DNA of 64,000 bases from Amoebophrya sp. A120 (lineage: Eukaryota > Protista > Dinoflagellata), in contig CAJINV010000003.1 of the NCBI GenBank assembly GCA_905178155.1, positions 9,121,979-9,185,978 of the forward strand. The letters are read 5' to 3'. The position numbers and the translations under genes are program-made. Within the stretch, counting starts at the first letter, position 1. Every line of letters begins with the position of its first letter. Below are positions 35,465-48,224 of this stretch, in pieces. The notes under the pieces are model-generated. The model worked only from the letters and a program-made list of their open reading frames with translations, had not been told where the DNA came from and searched no databases.

Positions 35465-37770
35465 ACGTACCTAAAATTGGTATCAGGTTCTTGTTGTAAC
35501 GAACGAGCAAATTGTGCGTAATAGTACAAGCCGGATGGCAGTAGAGAATCAGGATCAGGAATACGTAGTACTTTGCCTTCGCGCACACAAGCTCCATAAA
35601 ATTTAATTCATACTATCTAAGAGCGACTCAACAATATATATTGATGGCGCTCGACATTAATTACTTAAAACAGTCACGAAAAGGCGCTAACGGCGAATGA
35701 CTCAAAGCGGCGATTATGATGAACCCTATTTTTCTATCGTCACTGCCACTTCAATTTTTATTTTTTTCTTCTTGGGGATTTCAACATGAAAGGACGAAGT
35801 ACCTTGTCCGGTGAAGAGCCGCGACCCGCCAACTTCATTTCACGGTCTCCATCTGAGAATTCATCACTGCAATACTCGATATCGTCAGAAAAAATGCACC
35901 CCCAATACTCATTATGCAGCCGAGAGCTGTGACGCGTGGCTTGTGAATGTCTTATCTTTCCCCCAAGGGGGCATCGAGCAATTTCGGTATCGTTCGATCG
36001 GCAATCTCAGAAGATGAAGATGGAGAGGCGACGTCCTCCACGATTCATAGCAAGCTATATTCCCATCAACTACAGGCTCAGGCAAGCACGAGCAGTGTGC
36101 CAGCGCCTGTTGATCATATCAAAATCAGTGTTTTGCTGACACAGATCGCGCATCACAAAGCCGCTTTCGAGTTCATCTTGAGGGGGATGGATTATTTCAC
36201 TCTGGTACTCGATGTCAGTCGTTTGCAAGTCGTCGGTGGTAGCACTTGCATCGAGAGGTTTTACGGCATGCATCTTCTTTGCGGATGAGAGGAAGTAGAG
36301 TGGTCCACTTGTAGTGCGTCCTGTGCTGCTTTTCCGAGCACGCTAGTCAGGTACTGTGCGCCTGCAGGAGCCAGTTCCCTGTATTTGCGAAGTAGCCCGT
36401 GCTGCATTCAATTTCTTTGTTCCATGCAATGCTGGTACTTCCTCGCGACGGCGCGTGCATGTGCTGATCTGGAATTCAATAGTGGACAGGTCTTCTCTTG
36501 TGGAAAGAATCTACTACAAATGAGAGTCCCAAGCGATGCGCCAACCATGCATGTATAAATATATCTATCGCTATGGTATGAGATACAAATACTGGAAATG
36601 GATGCTGTTGGGGGAGAAAAACATGAAATGTCGACAGTAAAAATCGTCTCCTACGACAGAGGTCCTACTTCAGGTGGGAATAACCGTTTGTGCGACCTCT
36701 GATCAAAACACTGAATGAGAATGCGCTTTTAGAAAAACAGGAAAATGCCTGAGAACAAAAAAATTGCTTTTGTCGTGTCGTACGCTTCAAGCACGAAAGG
36801 CGCAACCACGTCAGTGCAGATTTTCATCCCACGTGGCCTTCAAAGGGATGCCATACAGCAGCGGCTCAAAAGACCGAGCAGAACGGGCGACACGAACGAA
36901 TCAGCAAGTCTGTGTACGTTGTCACGACCGATGAATCTGGGTTTGCTATTTCATCTTCACCCGAAAATTTTACGATAGTGTGCACGACGACCTGTTCAAA
37001 CTGCTAGTCGACGTCCATTAATTGTTTACGTCTGTGGTGGTAAACGACCGAGACTTGTGTCGCACGTCAAAACCGAACGGAGTTGCTACTGGCTTGGGCT
37101 TGGCGACAAAATTAGATTGCGAAGCATCATTTTCGAGACCCGATCGTAATGCATTCCTTCCAAAGATGAAGCTCTACGAACAAGATACTCAGCGTCTAGG
37201 TCGAGTATGTTGTTGCTTGGGGTGGAGATCAATACCGGCGCAAACAGCTACACCTTTCTTTGTTGCTAGTCACGCAATGCACCGACACTCTATCTAGGTA
37301 GGAGAACTCACTCGTTCGTTTTTGGACTCGACCGAGGAAACAAGTAATTGAAAGTACTTAGCGCGAGAGTCCGAATAAAAAAAGTAGGCACATCCAAAAA
37401 TTGCGCTTCGAATAAGGGAGGTGGCGAGACCTAAATTTGCATATTCCCTCCGAACCCGAAGGGAAGACGAGTTCCCCCTCACAGAAAATGAACCTTTACC
37501 TGTCTACTTCTACAACATGGCTGTATATATAACTATAACTATCATGAGTAAATGACAACTAGCAGCGCTCTTGTTTTGAGAATGAGAACTTCTCTGTGTG
37601 GCTCGTTAGGGGACTGCTAGCTTTAGCTTTTCCTCCAACCAAGTAAGCAGCATGATCATCTGCATCTGCGAACAAACACATATCATTCCGTAACATATGT
37701 CGCTGCGAAATACTTTATTCATATTTTTCATCCTACTTACTTATATATACGAGCGACCTGCTTCCAGCGC

Positions 37771-38771
37771 TCATGCAAACAGGCTATCCGCTCCGGTCTC
37801 GTATGTGTGTATAGGATCGGACCGTCTTGCGAGCTCTACTTGGCAACATCCCCACTCTCCAAAAAACAACTTACGCAACCAGGAGCCGGAAGCTTGTTCA
37901 CCGACCGCAACCGGCACAGGTTGAACCGCCGTTGTGGTCTGGTAGAGTTGGGAGGACGGTTGCTGCATGGTCGACAGGTTTTGCGAACTGAATGCTGATG
38001 AAGCTGCCTGGCTTTGTTTCGGCTGATGCTGAGCTCCCGAGCTCTTATACAAGCCTGTCCCACTTGTTTTTGTTACGCTTCCAGATCCTACAAGTGCAGC
38101 GGACGATGCCGTTCCTTGTGGGCCAGCGTCTGGGATAAAAGACCCTGCCTGCATTACTGTTGAGCCAAACAGTTTCGGCTTCGCCGCGACCTGGTTCGTC
38201 GAGCTCCCTGCAGTGCTCGCCGTCGGTTCTGCCAGGGATGTCGCGGGAGCCTTTCCAAAAGCCTGCTGACCGGCAGTCGAGGTCTCAAACAGCTTCGGAA
38301 GTGCCTTCACAATGGGTGCTTTCACCCGAAAGTCCTCGTTGTACCTGGTAGTTTCATTCGTCAACGCGATTTCTTGATCTCACACAAAAAAGACACTGGC
38401 TCAAGCCAACGTAATTTGCTCGGGCATGTTTGATTGTTGGCAAAGCCGCTCTCGCTTTGATTTCTTTCATACAAAAAAAAACGCTCTGTCGGCTTCAAAA
38501 CAAACTACCAGGATGGAACCGTTAGACTGACGAAGCGGAGGTGGAAAAACAAAGGCTACTAGTTGAAAATCCAAATCAAGAGTAGAAAATACGCATCGGA
38601 TTGGTCTGACGTGGTTCCGCCACCTGCTCTTGGAGGTAGCACATATTTTACACGTGGTGCTTTTTGTGTGAACGATGCACGCTCGAAGCCTTTTATCTTC
38701 GGGACGGTTTGACCAGATTTCGGCGCCGCACTCATGGTCGTCACGGATGCTTCACTTGTCGCTGACACCAT
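37771..38771 (-). CDS. Hypothetical Ser/Thr/Ala/Gln-rich protein, 2 exons
   Basis: ORFs 38559..38771 and 37771..38364 join in frame (SDALTNETT) across an ACGC direct repeat. A GCC motif lies near the C-terminus. Confidence 0.55.
38368..38590. mobile_element. Highly degenerate introner-like intron
   Basis: ACGC at 38364-38367 and 38591-38594. Short inverted TCTTGAT/ATCAAGA. Best boundaries are GT…GC. Confidence 0.5.
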
Positions 38772-40347
38772 GAAGCATGTTCTTCGGGCCCCGGTCGTAG
38801 CGTCAGCGCCGAGTCGTCAATCTGTTACTGTTTAATATGCTTGGCGTTCCCGGCTCGCCTGCACTGAAAGAGACCTAGACTGTGCCTTTTCCAAAAGCGC
38901 GACCTTGCCTGCGGAAGTGGGTGCTCGCTCGAACGGCTGCAGCGCCGGCGGATGCGCACAAGAAAATGCCGATCTTCAAAATTATACCTGATTCACCCTC
39001 TTGTTTCTGCTATACCTGGCTGACTGCGATTCCGATTTCGAACCTCGCAGGATCGCGTGAATACTGCTTTGAATCAATGTGCTGCTGCTAGGGTCATCGA
39101 CAACAACATTTATCTACGTGGACTTACTACACTGGATAATATTAGTATTTCGAGTTGTTTATTAATCTTGGGTCTTTCAGAAAAAATGCCTGGGCTTGGG
39201 TACGGGTTGTTATATTTCTATGGGCCCTGCTTCGCAATTTGATGTCGTGGTGTTGGAGCCGCTTCTCGCGAAATTCTGATTTTTACTTGAAGCTCATCAT
39301 TCCTGGAAAGAGACAGACGCAGTATCAACACGAAAGACGAAAAGGGACGACCGAAGTTGCACGAATTGTAAAGCATACGAAGTTGCACGAATCACCTCCA
39401 GGGACGAGGACGAATAGAAACAGAAAGATGGACGATGAGATTACTATTAGTTCCCGAAGGCCGCTTGATCATCACGGCAAACCTACCGAAATTAACGTAC
39501 TTGCGAGAGAGTCACACACTAACCTCTGCCACGACATCAAGACGAGATAGGCGAGCGGCCCACGAAGAGAAGAGAGGTGGGCGGCCCGCTAAAGAGATAG
39601 GCGGCGATGATTTATCATACTACTCCGTATTGACAGCGGCGCGCAAACGCCACGCATAGGCGAACTCAGCGCAGCTGTTGAAAAAACTGGTAGTCGTGCT
39701 CTGCCCTCGAACCAAGGATACCGAAAATAAGTAGTCGTGTGCTGGAACACCAGGCTTCACAACGAAGTACCTTCTGTCCAACGTCACTACAGCGCAATGC
39801 TGCCCGTGCAACAAGAATCCGCAAGGATCATAAAATCGTACAAGAGAGACTGGCGGATATTTCTTTATCTACAGACTGACGCTCGGAGCACCTCTCACCT
39901 TCAGTTTGTTGTTGCCCTCACACTTACGATATCATCTCGGATCCGGAGTGATCGCTATTGGTTTGCTAGCTTGTCACCTCCGATTCAACAGCGACACACA
40001 AGCCATAATGAGCTACTACTGATAAATTTAAAACTGCGCATCGAAACATAAACAACACTAAAGAAAAATGCATCCTTTGAAATAGAACGGGCCGAGTTAC
40101 TCTGACAATTACAAATCTAAAAAAATGAGCGAAAGAAGGCTTTTTTGGGCCGTGGTGAACCAAACAGTGAACGAAGCAGCAAACGAGTTCAGCAAAAAAA
40201 AGCTTAGGAAACACCGAGGTAGCGGCGAACCACCATGCTCTCGCCGCAACAAGGACATGGCAATTTACTTAGTACCGATTACATTTATAAATATCAGATT
40301 AGTGATTGCCAACGTTCGAAACTGAAACTCGTCAACAGCGCTCAGTC

Positions 40348-41890
40348 TTATAATCCACGGTAGAACTGCTCTCCAAAAAACTCTTGGCGGATGGAGACGG
40401 CCTTAGCGAGGGCATCCTTCGTGGCATCGTTGGCGGCCTGCACGTCGGTATCCGGATATCAAAATGAAAATACGCCCCCGACCCAGAATATGAGAGTGTT
40501 AGTGTCTACGTTGCAGAAGTCGAAGTTCTAAATGGAAATATTAACATTAAGTTCTGCCGCCTTGCTCACATCTTTTCGAGCGCGAAAGCGAATGACAAAA
40601 ATTTACGTCTCTGGCTTGCCATGTAAAAACTGTCAAATGCTTCGCGAGCCGGAGCCTCCAGTGATCTGCATGAGAGACAGTATTCTCGACTTCGTCCAAG
40701 CTCACAAGACAAGCAGTTTCCATTTGGAAACTTTCCAACGAACAATTAAAACTTCTGGAGAGGGTGCATTTTTGAATTTGATACCGGACCGTGAAAGTTC
40801 TTGCGGTGTTCATACGGGGCATCCGCGTCCATGGAGCTTTTCTTCGGCGCCGCTCCATCCTGCTCGGCATCTTGGGCGGCGTGGCGCTTAAACCTGTTGT
40901 CAGTATTTTCACGTTGGATAGTGGACTAGTTGAATCATCATATTACGGATTGATTGTTAAGTAAGTGTCTGCGTCTGGTTCTTCTTCTTTGAAGACGGCA
41001 GCAGGCTAAAATAAAAAACGTTACGCCCTTGCATAAAAAGCCCTGCAGGATGCATCAATTACGAGAGGGCACAACTAGTCTTGTACTTGTTGACAGTCTT
41101 CACCGATGCCTGGAATGACTCCGAGTTCATGGAATCGTCCGACGCCGCTATGGCCGCGGCTTTGGCCTGCAACACGCGGGTCGCCTCACTGTTGCTCCCG
41201 CCCGTTTTGCCCTTCGCGGCCGCCACGCCTCCCGAGCAGTCAAACATGGCGTTGCGGTCCGCCTTATCCAGACGTAATTTTTTGCCAACCCGATGATCTT
41301 ACGATAGAAACTACGGTTGTCACGCACGGATACTGAGTAGGAACACTCATGCACGAATCTGCTCAGTTCAAGCCTGTCGTTTATGCGTATGCCTCGCTTC
41401 AGCTACCAATCTTTGCGATGATCACGTTCTTGACGATGATGGCTGTTTGTTTTTTCATCTGCAGTTGCTTTTATTCTTCTACACTTGGGTCATCGTTTGG
41501 CGAAAAACCTGTCATTTTCGTATGCCTTGTCGTCCACGTAGGCATCGTCCTTGTCACCGAATGGCTGTTATGCATTGCAGTTGCTGGTGTCATAGGTAGT
41601 CGTCAGAATCAAAGTTCGCGCAACGCATGCGTATCGTGCCGGAGCATTTCAAAGGATGAGCACAACACCGCGAAAAAAACACACACCACCCACATCAAGG
41701 TACCTCCCAGAGTTTCAGGTGTCGCTCGCCCCGATTAGCTATAGTTTTCATATAAAATAAAGCGAAGGCAACGATTCACAAAGGCTTTGCAAAACCTGAC
41801 ATCTGCATTTGCAATGGATAGCTGCTTTCCCTTCTTCAGCACCAGCGCCGACGCGGAAACCGAGAAAAAAGCCAGTTTACTCCACATCAT
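40348..41890 (-). CDS. Small secreted Ala/Asp/Lys-rich orphan protein (about 190 aa), 5 exons, all introns non-canonical
   Basis: MMWSKLAFFSVSASALVLKKGKQPFGDKDDAYVDDKAYEND…LDKADRNAMFDCSGG…NKYKTIQRENTDNRF…NFHGPDTDVQAANDATKDALAKAVSIRQEFFGEQFYRGL*. GC3-rich exons are joined across four IR/DR elements. Confidence 0.75.
40457..40783. mobile_element. Introner
   Basis: Arms TATCAAAATGAAAATACGCCC / rc TATCAAATTCAAAAATGCACCC. CCGGA at 40452-40456 and 40784-40788. Excision gives FHGPDTDV. Confidence 0.85.
40923..41075. mobile_element. Short degenerate introner
   Basis: TAGT direct repeat. A 9-bp inverted GACTAGTTG/CAACTAGTC overlaps the repeat. Excision gives YKTIQRE. Confidence 0.6.
41276..41509. 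mobile_element. Degenerate introner (ends approximate)
   Basis: Arms TTTTTTGCCAACCCGATGATC / rc TTTTTCGCCAAA-CGATGACC. No clean direct repeat. Confidence 0.6.
41569..41820. mobile_element. Introner
   Basis: Arms TATGCATTGCAGTTGCTGGTGTCA / rc TATCCATTGCAAATGCAGATGTCA. GCTG(T/C) repeat. Excision gives KGKQPFGD. Confidence 0.85.
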
Positions 41891-42792
41891 ACTAAATTCC
41901 CAGTGAGTCACACAAACAAACTTAGAGCTGCCGTTCCTACATGAGAAAGTGGGGCCACGAGAAAATTACAGCCGTGGTTCGTAATTGAAGATCAGTGTTT
42001 GACCCAAGAAGACTGAATCAACTGGATCCTGGATTCATTTCTCCTGCAGGTCCGGTGTTTTTGGGAGAGCGAGAGTCCAAAGAAAGGGCTTCTCGACTTC
42101 TCTTCTTCCAAAAAACCAAAAAAGAAAACTCAAGGATCGGCTCATTAAAAACTTGGGCCAGGAACTCGGAACTTAGAGCAGAACAATCACAGTGAAAAGG
42201 AAAACCGTGTATTGGAGCATATATCGAACCTTATCCGATTGCAAGAGATCGCTGAGCCGCAGCGGGCTGGTGAACAGTAATGCCGTACAATACAACCCCG
42301 CTAGGCCTCGTGACGCAAATAATGGCCGTATCAAGGTATCATCGTTCTTTTCCTATCATTTGGAATATAGCACTTAGTACGTGGCGCCGACATGTAAGTA
42401 TCACCCTTTATTCTCAAGTTCCGGCCACGGAGGTCGCTGCAATGACAGGCTGCACCCGCATGCGTCACCTTCTTCAACACCAGTTGACATAATCGTACAA
42501 GAACATCTGCCCACTGTCTCGGACTTTCCAGGTCGTGGTCGCGTAAGTTATAATTACCTCGTCCCATACCTCTACTCCTGCCTCGCCGAAAGACCGTACT
42601 GCGTCGCGCTCGAGACTGAGACAGGAGCGTGGTCTTCTTCCGTGCTTAAAACTTAAGGACGAAGGGAAGAAGTACTACTAACCCAAGCTCGTTTCCTCGC
42701 GGTCCAAAATCAGGCAGAAGCAAAACAAAGAAAAACGGGCGACAGCCACAAGACACCGAAGACGATGACCGCCTACTGGCTCGGCTTGTTCG

Positions 42793-45700
42793 CTAAGTTG
42801 CTACTTTCCGGCTATGTCTCTTCCCTTGCATACCGAGCTCCTCATCCAAGAAAGCAACGGAACCTGTCCGCAAATCGGCTGCAAAGTAGGTGTCCAAGCC
42901 AATCTTCGTAGCAAACTTCTTTGCATAGAGATGACTATGGATGGCCGAATACGCATTGTGCGTGCGCCACCTGGGCCCGCAAGCTTGCTCGAAGCCCTCG
43001 ACGTCATACAAGGCCTCGGCCTTGCTGGGCAGGTAAACGTGGAAAATAACAAGCAAAGGAATTGAATTTGCGAGTCTGTAGTTCTCATGCCTCAATTTCA
43101 AACTGCTAAAAATATCAATCTGTGCAATTGCTATTGCAAATAGATTGCTATGCAAACATAATATGGAGGGAGCTCGAAACCCAAGCGCAGCTACTATCTA
43201 ATGTAACCGACTTCGCGCCTTCTCGCGCATGCATATGCGCACTCACGCGGCGACGCTTCCGCACGGCGACTAGAGAAAACTGGCTTTCAAATGCACACGC
43301 ACACCAAAGCTTAGCTTTCAAGCATTACTGTTGCCTTTGCAATGCGGAACCGCAAAAAAGTCGCCGCGTCGCGACTAGAAGCAAAAACGCAATTTCTAAA
43401 TTCAATTCCTGAGCTTGTGATAGAGAAACAGCGAATTCTCTCGGCGTTCCGCACATACCTCTGCAACAGCGGGATCGAGTTCCACGCGCGCAAGTACTGC
43501 ATCAGCGAAAAGAATGTGTCCGCTTCTGGTTCTTCCCTTTTGGGGGGGTCTCCGCCCATCTTACTCGTGCTCGGGGCACGAGAATTTGACGCCTCTCCTC
43601 CTGTTTTTGACGGCCACACCGAATCACTGTGTTCCTGTCCTCCCGGAGCGATTACAACTAGTAGATCCCCTAGCGTCGCGGACTCCTGTCGTGCTTGCTC
43701 CCCGCGAAAGACCAGGCTCCGCGCGAGTCGATCGCCTTCCATCAAACGCATGGGCCACTTGATCATCCAAGGGTGGTCCGCGAACTTAGGAAACAAGGAC
43801 CAGAAAGGCACCTCGTACAGGTCCGACAACAGAACTGGCACGCACCCGGCAAAAAGCGCGCGCACGAAGCGGCTTGTGTACCCCGAGATACCCCGCGGGA
43901 TGAAGCAGAACACCGACGAGCCCTGACCGCGGATACCTTCGCTGAAGGGAACGTCCTGGCCTACATGCAGGTCGGGGTAATCGGTGGCGTTCTCCCGCGC
44001 CCACCTCAGCAGCACGCCCCGCGGACCTTCTGCGCGTCCCAGCGCTGCGTGTAAACGCCGGTTCCATCCGACAAAGTCGCCCAAATACTGGCGCTCGGTC
44101 AGCTCCGGCACGTTGGCCTCCAGTTGTGCGCGCACCTCGTCGATATTGATCTGCGGTGGCACGAGAATGTCCTTCGCAAAGTTAAAAGAGGGCTGCGTCT
44201 GCCACTTTTCGAAGTAATTCCAGAGTTCAGGCTCGTCCATGATAAACAGCGCCTCCGGAATGAACTGCCGCCATTCTTTCAGGGGTCCGTCAGCACCCTC
44301 GCCCCCGGAAAAGACAAACACGTGGTCACGTCCGTTGCTGTAAGGAAAGTGCGCGAGCTTCGGCACCAGCTGGCTCAGCAGCTGGGAGGACACGGTGTAA
44401 TTGAAGGTTCCGACTTGGGTATGGCATGCCGTGTACTGAGGGACAAAATAAAAGTCCGCTTCCGCTGGGTCATCCGTCCGGCACGCGCAGGCCAGAAAAT
44501 AGTGGTGCAGCCGCACCTCGAAGCCCCATTGCACATCCTTACAGAAGTGCGCACCGCGTGCAAGCAGGGGCAACTCCGGGTAGTACCGAGGATCGTCGAC
44601 ATCGTACACGTAAACTTTGAACGCCTGGGCGATCGTAGGCATAGGAGACGGAACAAGTGAGGCATTTCCTTCGCCTTCCGCACCGGTTGCTTTAATAGCT
44701 GCGATAGTATCATCTCCAGCGCCGCCCGTCGTCCCGCTCGCACTATTCATCAAACGGTCGTCCGCCCGCTGGTGAAAAGCGTTCTGGCTCCCAAAATCGT
44801 TTGGGATTTTGTCCCGGCTCATGCGCATCAATTGCTGGAAACTCCGCGACAAGCGCCGACTCGTGGTTGGCCACCAAAGAAAGGCACCTTCCGATTTTGA
44901 GTAATGATGTATGTGGTGGCTTTTCATATCGGGCGGACCACGACCGTGGTTCCGTCTAGGCGTGCTCACCTGATCTGCTCTTGTCACGTGCAGTTCCTCC
45001 AGGAGGTTCCACAGGGAACGCTGCCCTAACATGGGGTCGTCATACAGATCTAGCAATCCTCTTGTATCCGCAAACCGAAACACTTGTTCTTGGTCGATCG
45101 TCTCCCGGAACCATTTTACGAGCCCAGCGTCCTGTTGGAAGAGCCACCGCGCGAAGCCCTCTTCGACCGTCAGCGATGTAGTTGCACGCCCAGACGCTTG
45201 TTGTTCCTGCTCCTGTTGCTCGTCCAGGAGTGCCGCGTATACATGCTGAATTTGTTGCGTGTACGAGGTTTCCGTTTTTGTTTTTTGGCCGCGCTCCTTT
45301 AGTGTGGCTATGCTGTAGCGAAGGAGGATGCCCAGGCCCGCGACGTTCTGTTCGTCGAGTATGTCAGGATGCGTTGCCACGAGCAGCTGGTCCAGCACAC
45401 GCCACACATATGCGAGGGCTCCATAGTTGTCGTCCGAGGCCAAACGACTGTCAATGACGATGCTGAGGATGGTGACCACACCCAGCAGACAGGTGTCGAC
45501 AAACGATTCCACTAGCTCAACCAAGTCAACCACGCGCAGACTGCTCAGTAGAAACTCGTTCACAAACTTAGCCTGGCGCTGCAGCACAAGCTTCTCGAGC
45601 TCCTGCTGCGCGATTTGCTGGCGCGAATTACGCTGGATCACAGGAGGACCAGTTCGCAAATGTCGTTGCCCACCCTTATGCTCATGCTCCTCATAATGTC

Positions 45701-47177
45701 CTGGAGAGGCGGTGATGTATTCCCTGTCACTCCTTGTTCCTTTGCCAGCACGGTTCTCCTCCTCGTCTCGCCGCACAAAAGACAGAGCGTCGGCGACCCC
45801 AGAAGATGATGATCTCGTCCGTTCTGCGTCATCGATACTGCGACGCGCCGGTGTGCTGTGCCGCTGCGTTGTACTTTCGTCAGCCCCAGCACTTGATGTC
45901 GTGGCTGCAGTCACCGTCTCTTGTTCTGGGTCCGCAAAAAATTCTGCGACAGCAGCATCTTCGTCATTTTCTTGATGTGTCACCGGCTGCCCGGCCTGGT
46001 TCTCTGGATTGCCGCCCGCGGGCGCGATAAGATCAAAGCCAAGGAGAACCTCCCAGCGTGTTTGCGTTTCCAAATCGCGCAAGCCCCTTCGCAAACTCGA
46101 CCAGTCTACCCACAAGCGGTCAGCCAAGTGCGCTATGTAGAGGGGAAGCGAGTGACTTCTACTTGCCCTTGAGAAACTGCATCAGCAATTGTTCCCAACA
46201 AATAACACTCCTGCGTGACTGTCGGTCCTTCGCCTTTGGATTTGGTATTGGTGTATGCAAAAAGCACGTCACGAAAACGCAATAGTCAACACCATGCGGG
46301 TTGGGCTGTACATCCAAACGTGCGCTTTTCGCATCACACCAGGAAATCTTCGAAACTAGCAGCTGCGTATATGAATATGCAAAGTAGAAATCCGCATGAA
46401 AAGATGGTTTTTTTCTCAAGGCTATCAGCACTCGTCTGCGAGATCACTGACTTCTCTCTGATACGCTGGCAGGTACGTACCATCTTGTGCTGTGGTGGCG
46501 TTCACCCATATACCATCGGGGTGTTGCAGCGGGCGGATCGACGAATCCTGCGCAAGAAGATCGAGCAACAGGGGGCTGCGCCTTTTCAGAACAAAAGCGT
46601 CTTTGCAACGGAAATCCTGACCGTAGAAGGTCTCCAGACGCTGCTCCGTCTTTTCCTGCTCCTCCACACTGAACTGCCGGCTCACGTCCTCCCCCATGTT
46701 CGCCCCGCGAATCGGTTTGAAGTCGACGCCATCCTCGCCGACGCCCTCGTCTCCGCCCCGTTGCCACTTCTGGTGGTAGGTCGCTTTCTTTTCCCGATGC
46801 TTCTCTGCCGACGTCGAGCAGTCATGATACATATAGCACAACATGAAGCCGGCGAGAAGAAGCGAAGCGGAACGAACCGCCTTCCAACGAACACGTTGGC
46901 GTCGCACACACGACCTGCGAGCATCGTGTCCAATTCGTACATGTTGTCGCAAGCAGACACCCCCGTTGCGTTCGACGCGTACGAAACAGCGCCTTTCAGC
47001 GAGGCAGCTCGAAAGACCGGCGACAAAACTCCTGACTACGAGAACCCACGACGACCATGAGCGGTTTTGATTTTGTCGCTTTTGAACGACCGCGTGGCGC
47101 GGCCACAGATTACAAGAGTGATCATCGATACATGTTCGAGTCGAGGTAATCCGTTCTACGATAGTCATGGTCGCCAT
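42793..47177 (-). CDS. Exostosin-like glycosyltransferase (GT47), type II membrane protein, 3 exons
   Basis: FKVYVYD, RTDDPAEADFYFVP, GRDHVFVF, KDILVP, SVFCFIPRG and ALFAGCVPVLLSD…PF motifs. N-terminal TM SLLLAGFMLCYM in ORF 46425..47177. Confidence 0.85.
43046..43424. mobile_element. Introner in the GT47 gene
   Basis: Arms ATAACAAGCAAAGGAATTGAATTT / rc ATCACAAGCTCAGGAATTGAATTT. GAAA repeat. Excision gives RIRCFHVYLPS. Confidence 0.82.
46156..46431 (-). other. GT-AG intron retaining an inverted-repeat remnant
   Basis: CCTTGAGAAA (46167-46176) / TTTCTCAAGG (46412-46421) lie just inside in-frame GT and AG sites. Confidence 0.55.
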
Positions 47178-48224
47178 GCCCGTGCTCTTAGTTTCCCTTT
47201 TTTATTTTTGTTACCGGGACGAGATAGGACCACACTTAGTTCTTCAGATCTCTTTCTATCTTGGTGCTGTATTGCACAATTTTCATCCAACATGTTCGTG
47301 TCCCCCCTCAATGTCCCCGAGCGCCTCGGTCGCTTGCTTTGCGAGTCTCGCACCTTCATTTCGATTGCTACCCCAGCAATTGCAAATTACGCTTCCATTG
47401 AATATAAACGACCAAGAAGGCAGCCACTGCAAGCAGCTGCGTAAAGAAACGCCCCCTACATTCCTATGGGCTCGAGGGGAAACCTCTTGCACTTAGCTCA
47501 CGAAAGATCGAAGAAAGAAATTGATTCTTGACGCATGCGTGGAACAAATGCTATGTCCGGCATTCCCGCCTTCCGCCACAGCAGTACAACGAGCTCGCTG
47601 CCAAGAAGGTGGGCACCATACTAGTACAACGAACAACAACTCCACAAAGCCCGGGGCAAGTGTGTCGCGGGAGCACGTGCGAAGCAAGCCTCCTTTTCCA
47701 TTTGATTCGTACTTTACGGTACACAAATTGGTACAAAAAGTCTGGGACAATGCAGATCTTGTCCCCTGTCCGAGTCCCTACGTCGTTTACAGTAGAGAGA
47801 ATGCGCTAGGATGATAGTAATTTGCAGTCCGGTGACAAACTTACAATGATCGAGCTAGCTCGAGGCGCGGCGGCGGTGGCTATTCTTCATGTGGCTCGCT
47901 AGAACGAGGTAGGGAACATGTAAAGAGGTAGATGGAGTAGTAGATGCTACAGATCACATTTTACATTTGGCGCCTAGTGCTTGCCGCTTAATTAATGTCT
48001 TCAATAGATAGAAGTCTTTCTGTTTACCGGAAGCTTCAAATTCAAATGTAATAGAGGGAATTTTAAAGAGATGAAGTGTACATTAGATTTCAATTTCTGC
48101 AGGGTGAAAGTGAATACGTTTTTCTCTTTTGCTGCATTCAGATTATTGATTCTGCAGGAGTGGTCCGTTTCGTGAGCACCCCAAGAATTGCGCACGATCT
48201 TCATCTATCGATGCCAGCACGCAC

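Noticed and set aside
38397-38405. TGGCTCAAG, matching the 3' end of the dinoflagellate spliced leader
   Set aside because: Only 9 nt, on the non-coding strand and inside an intron, so expected by chance. No full spliced-leader relic was seen.
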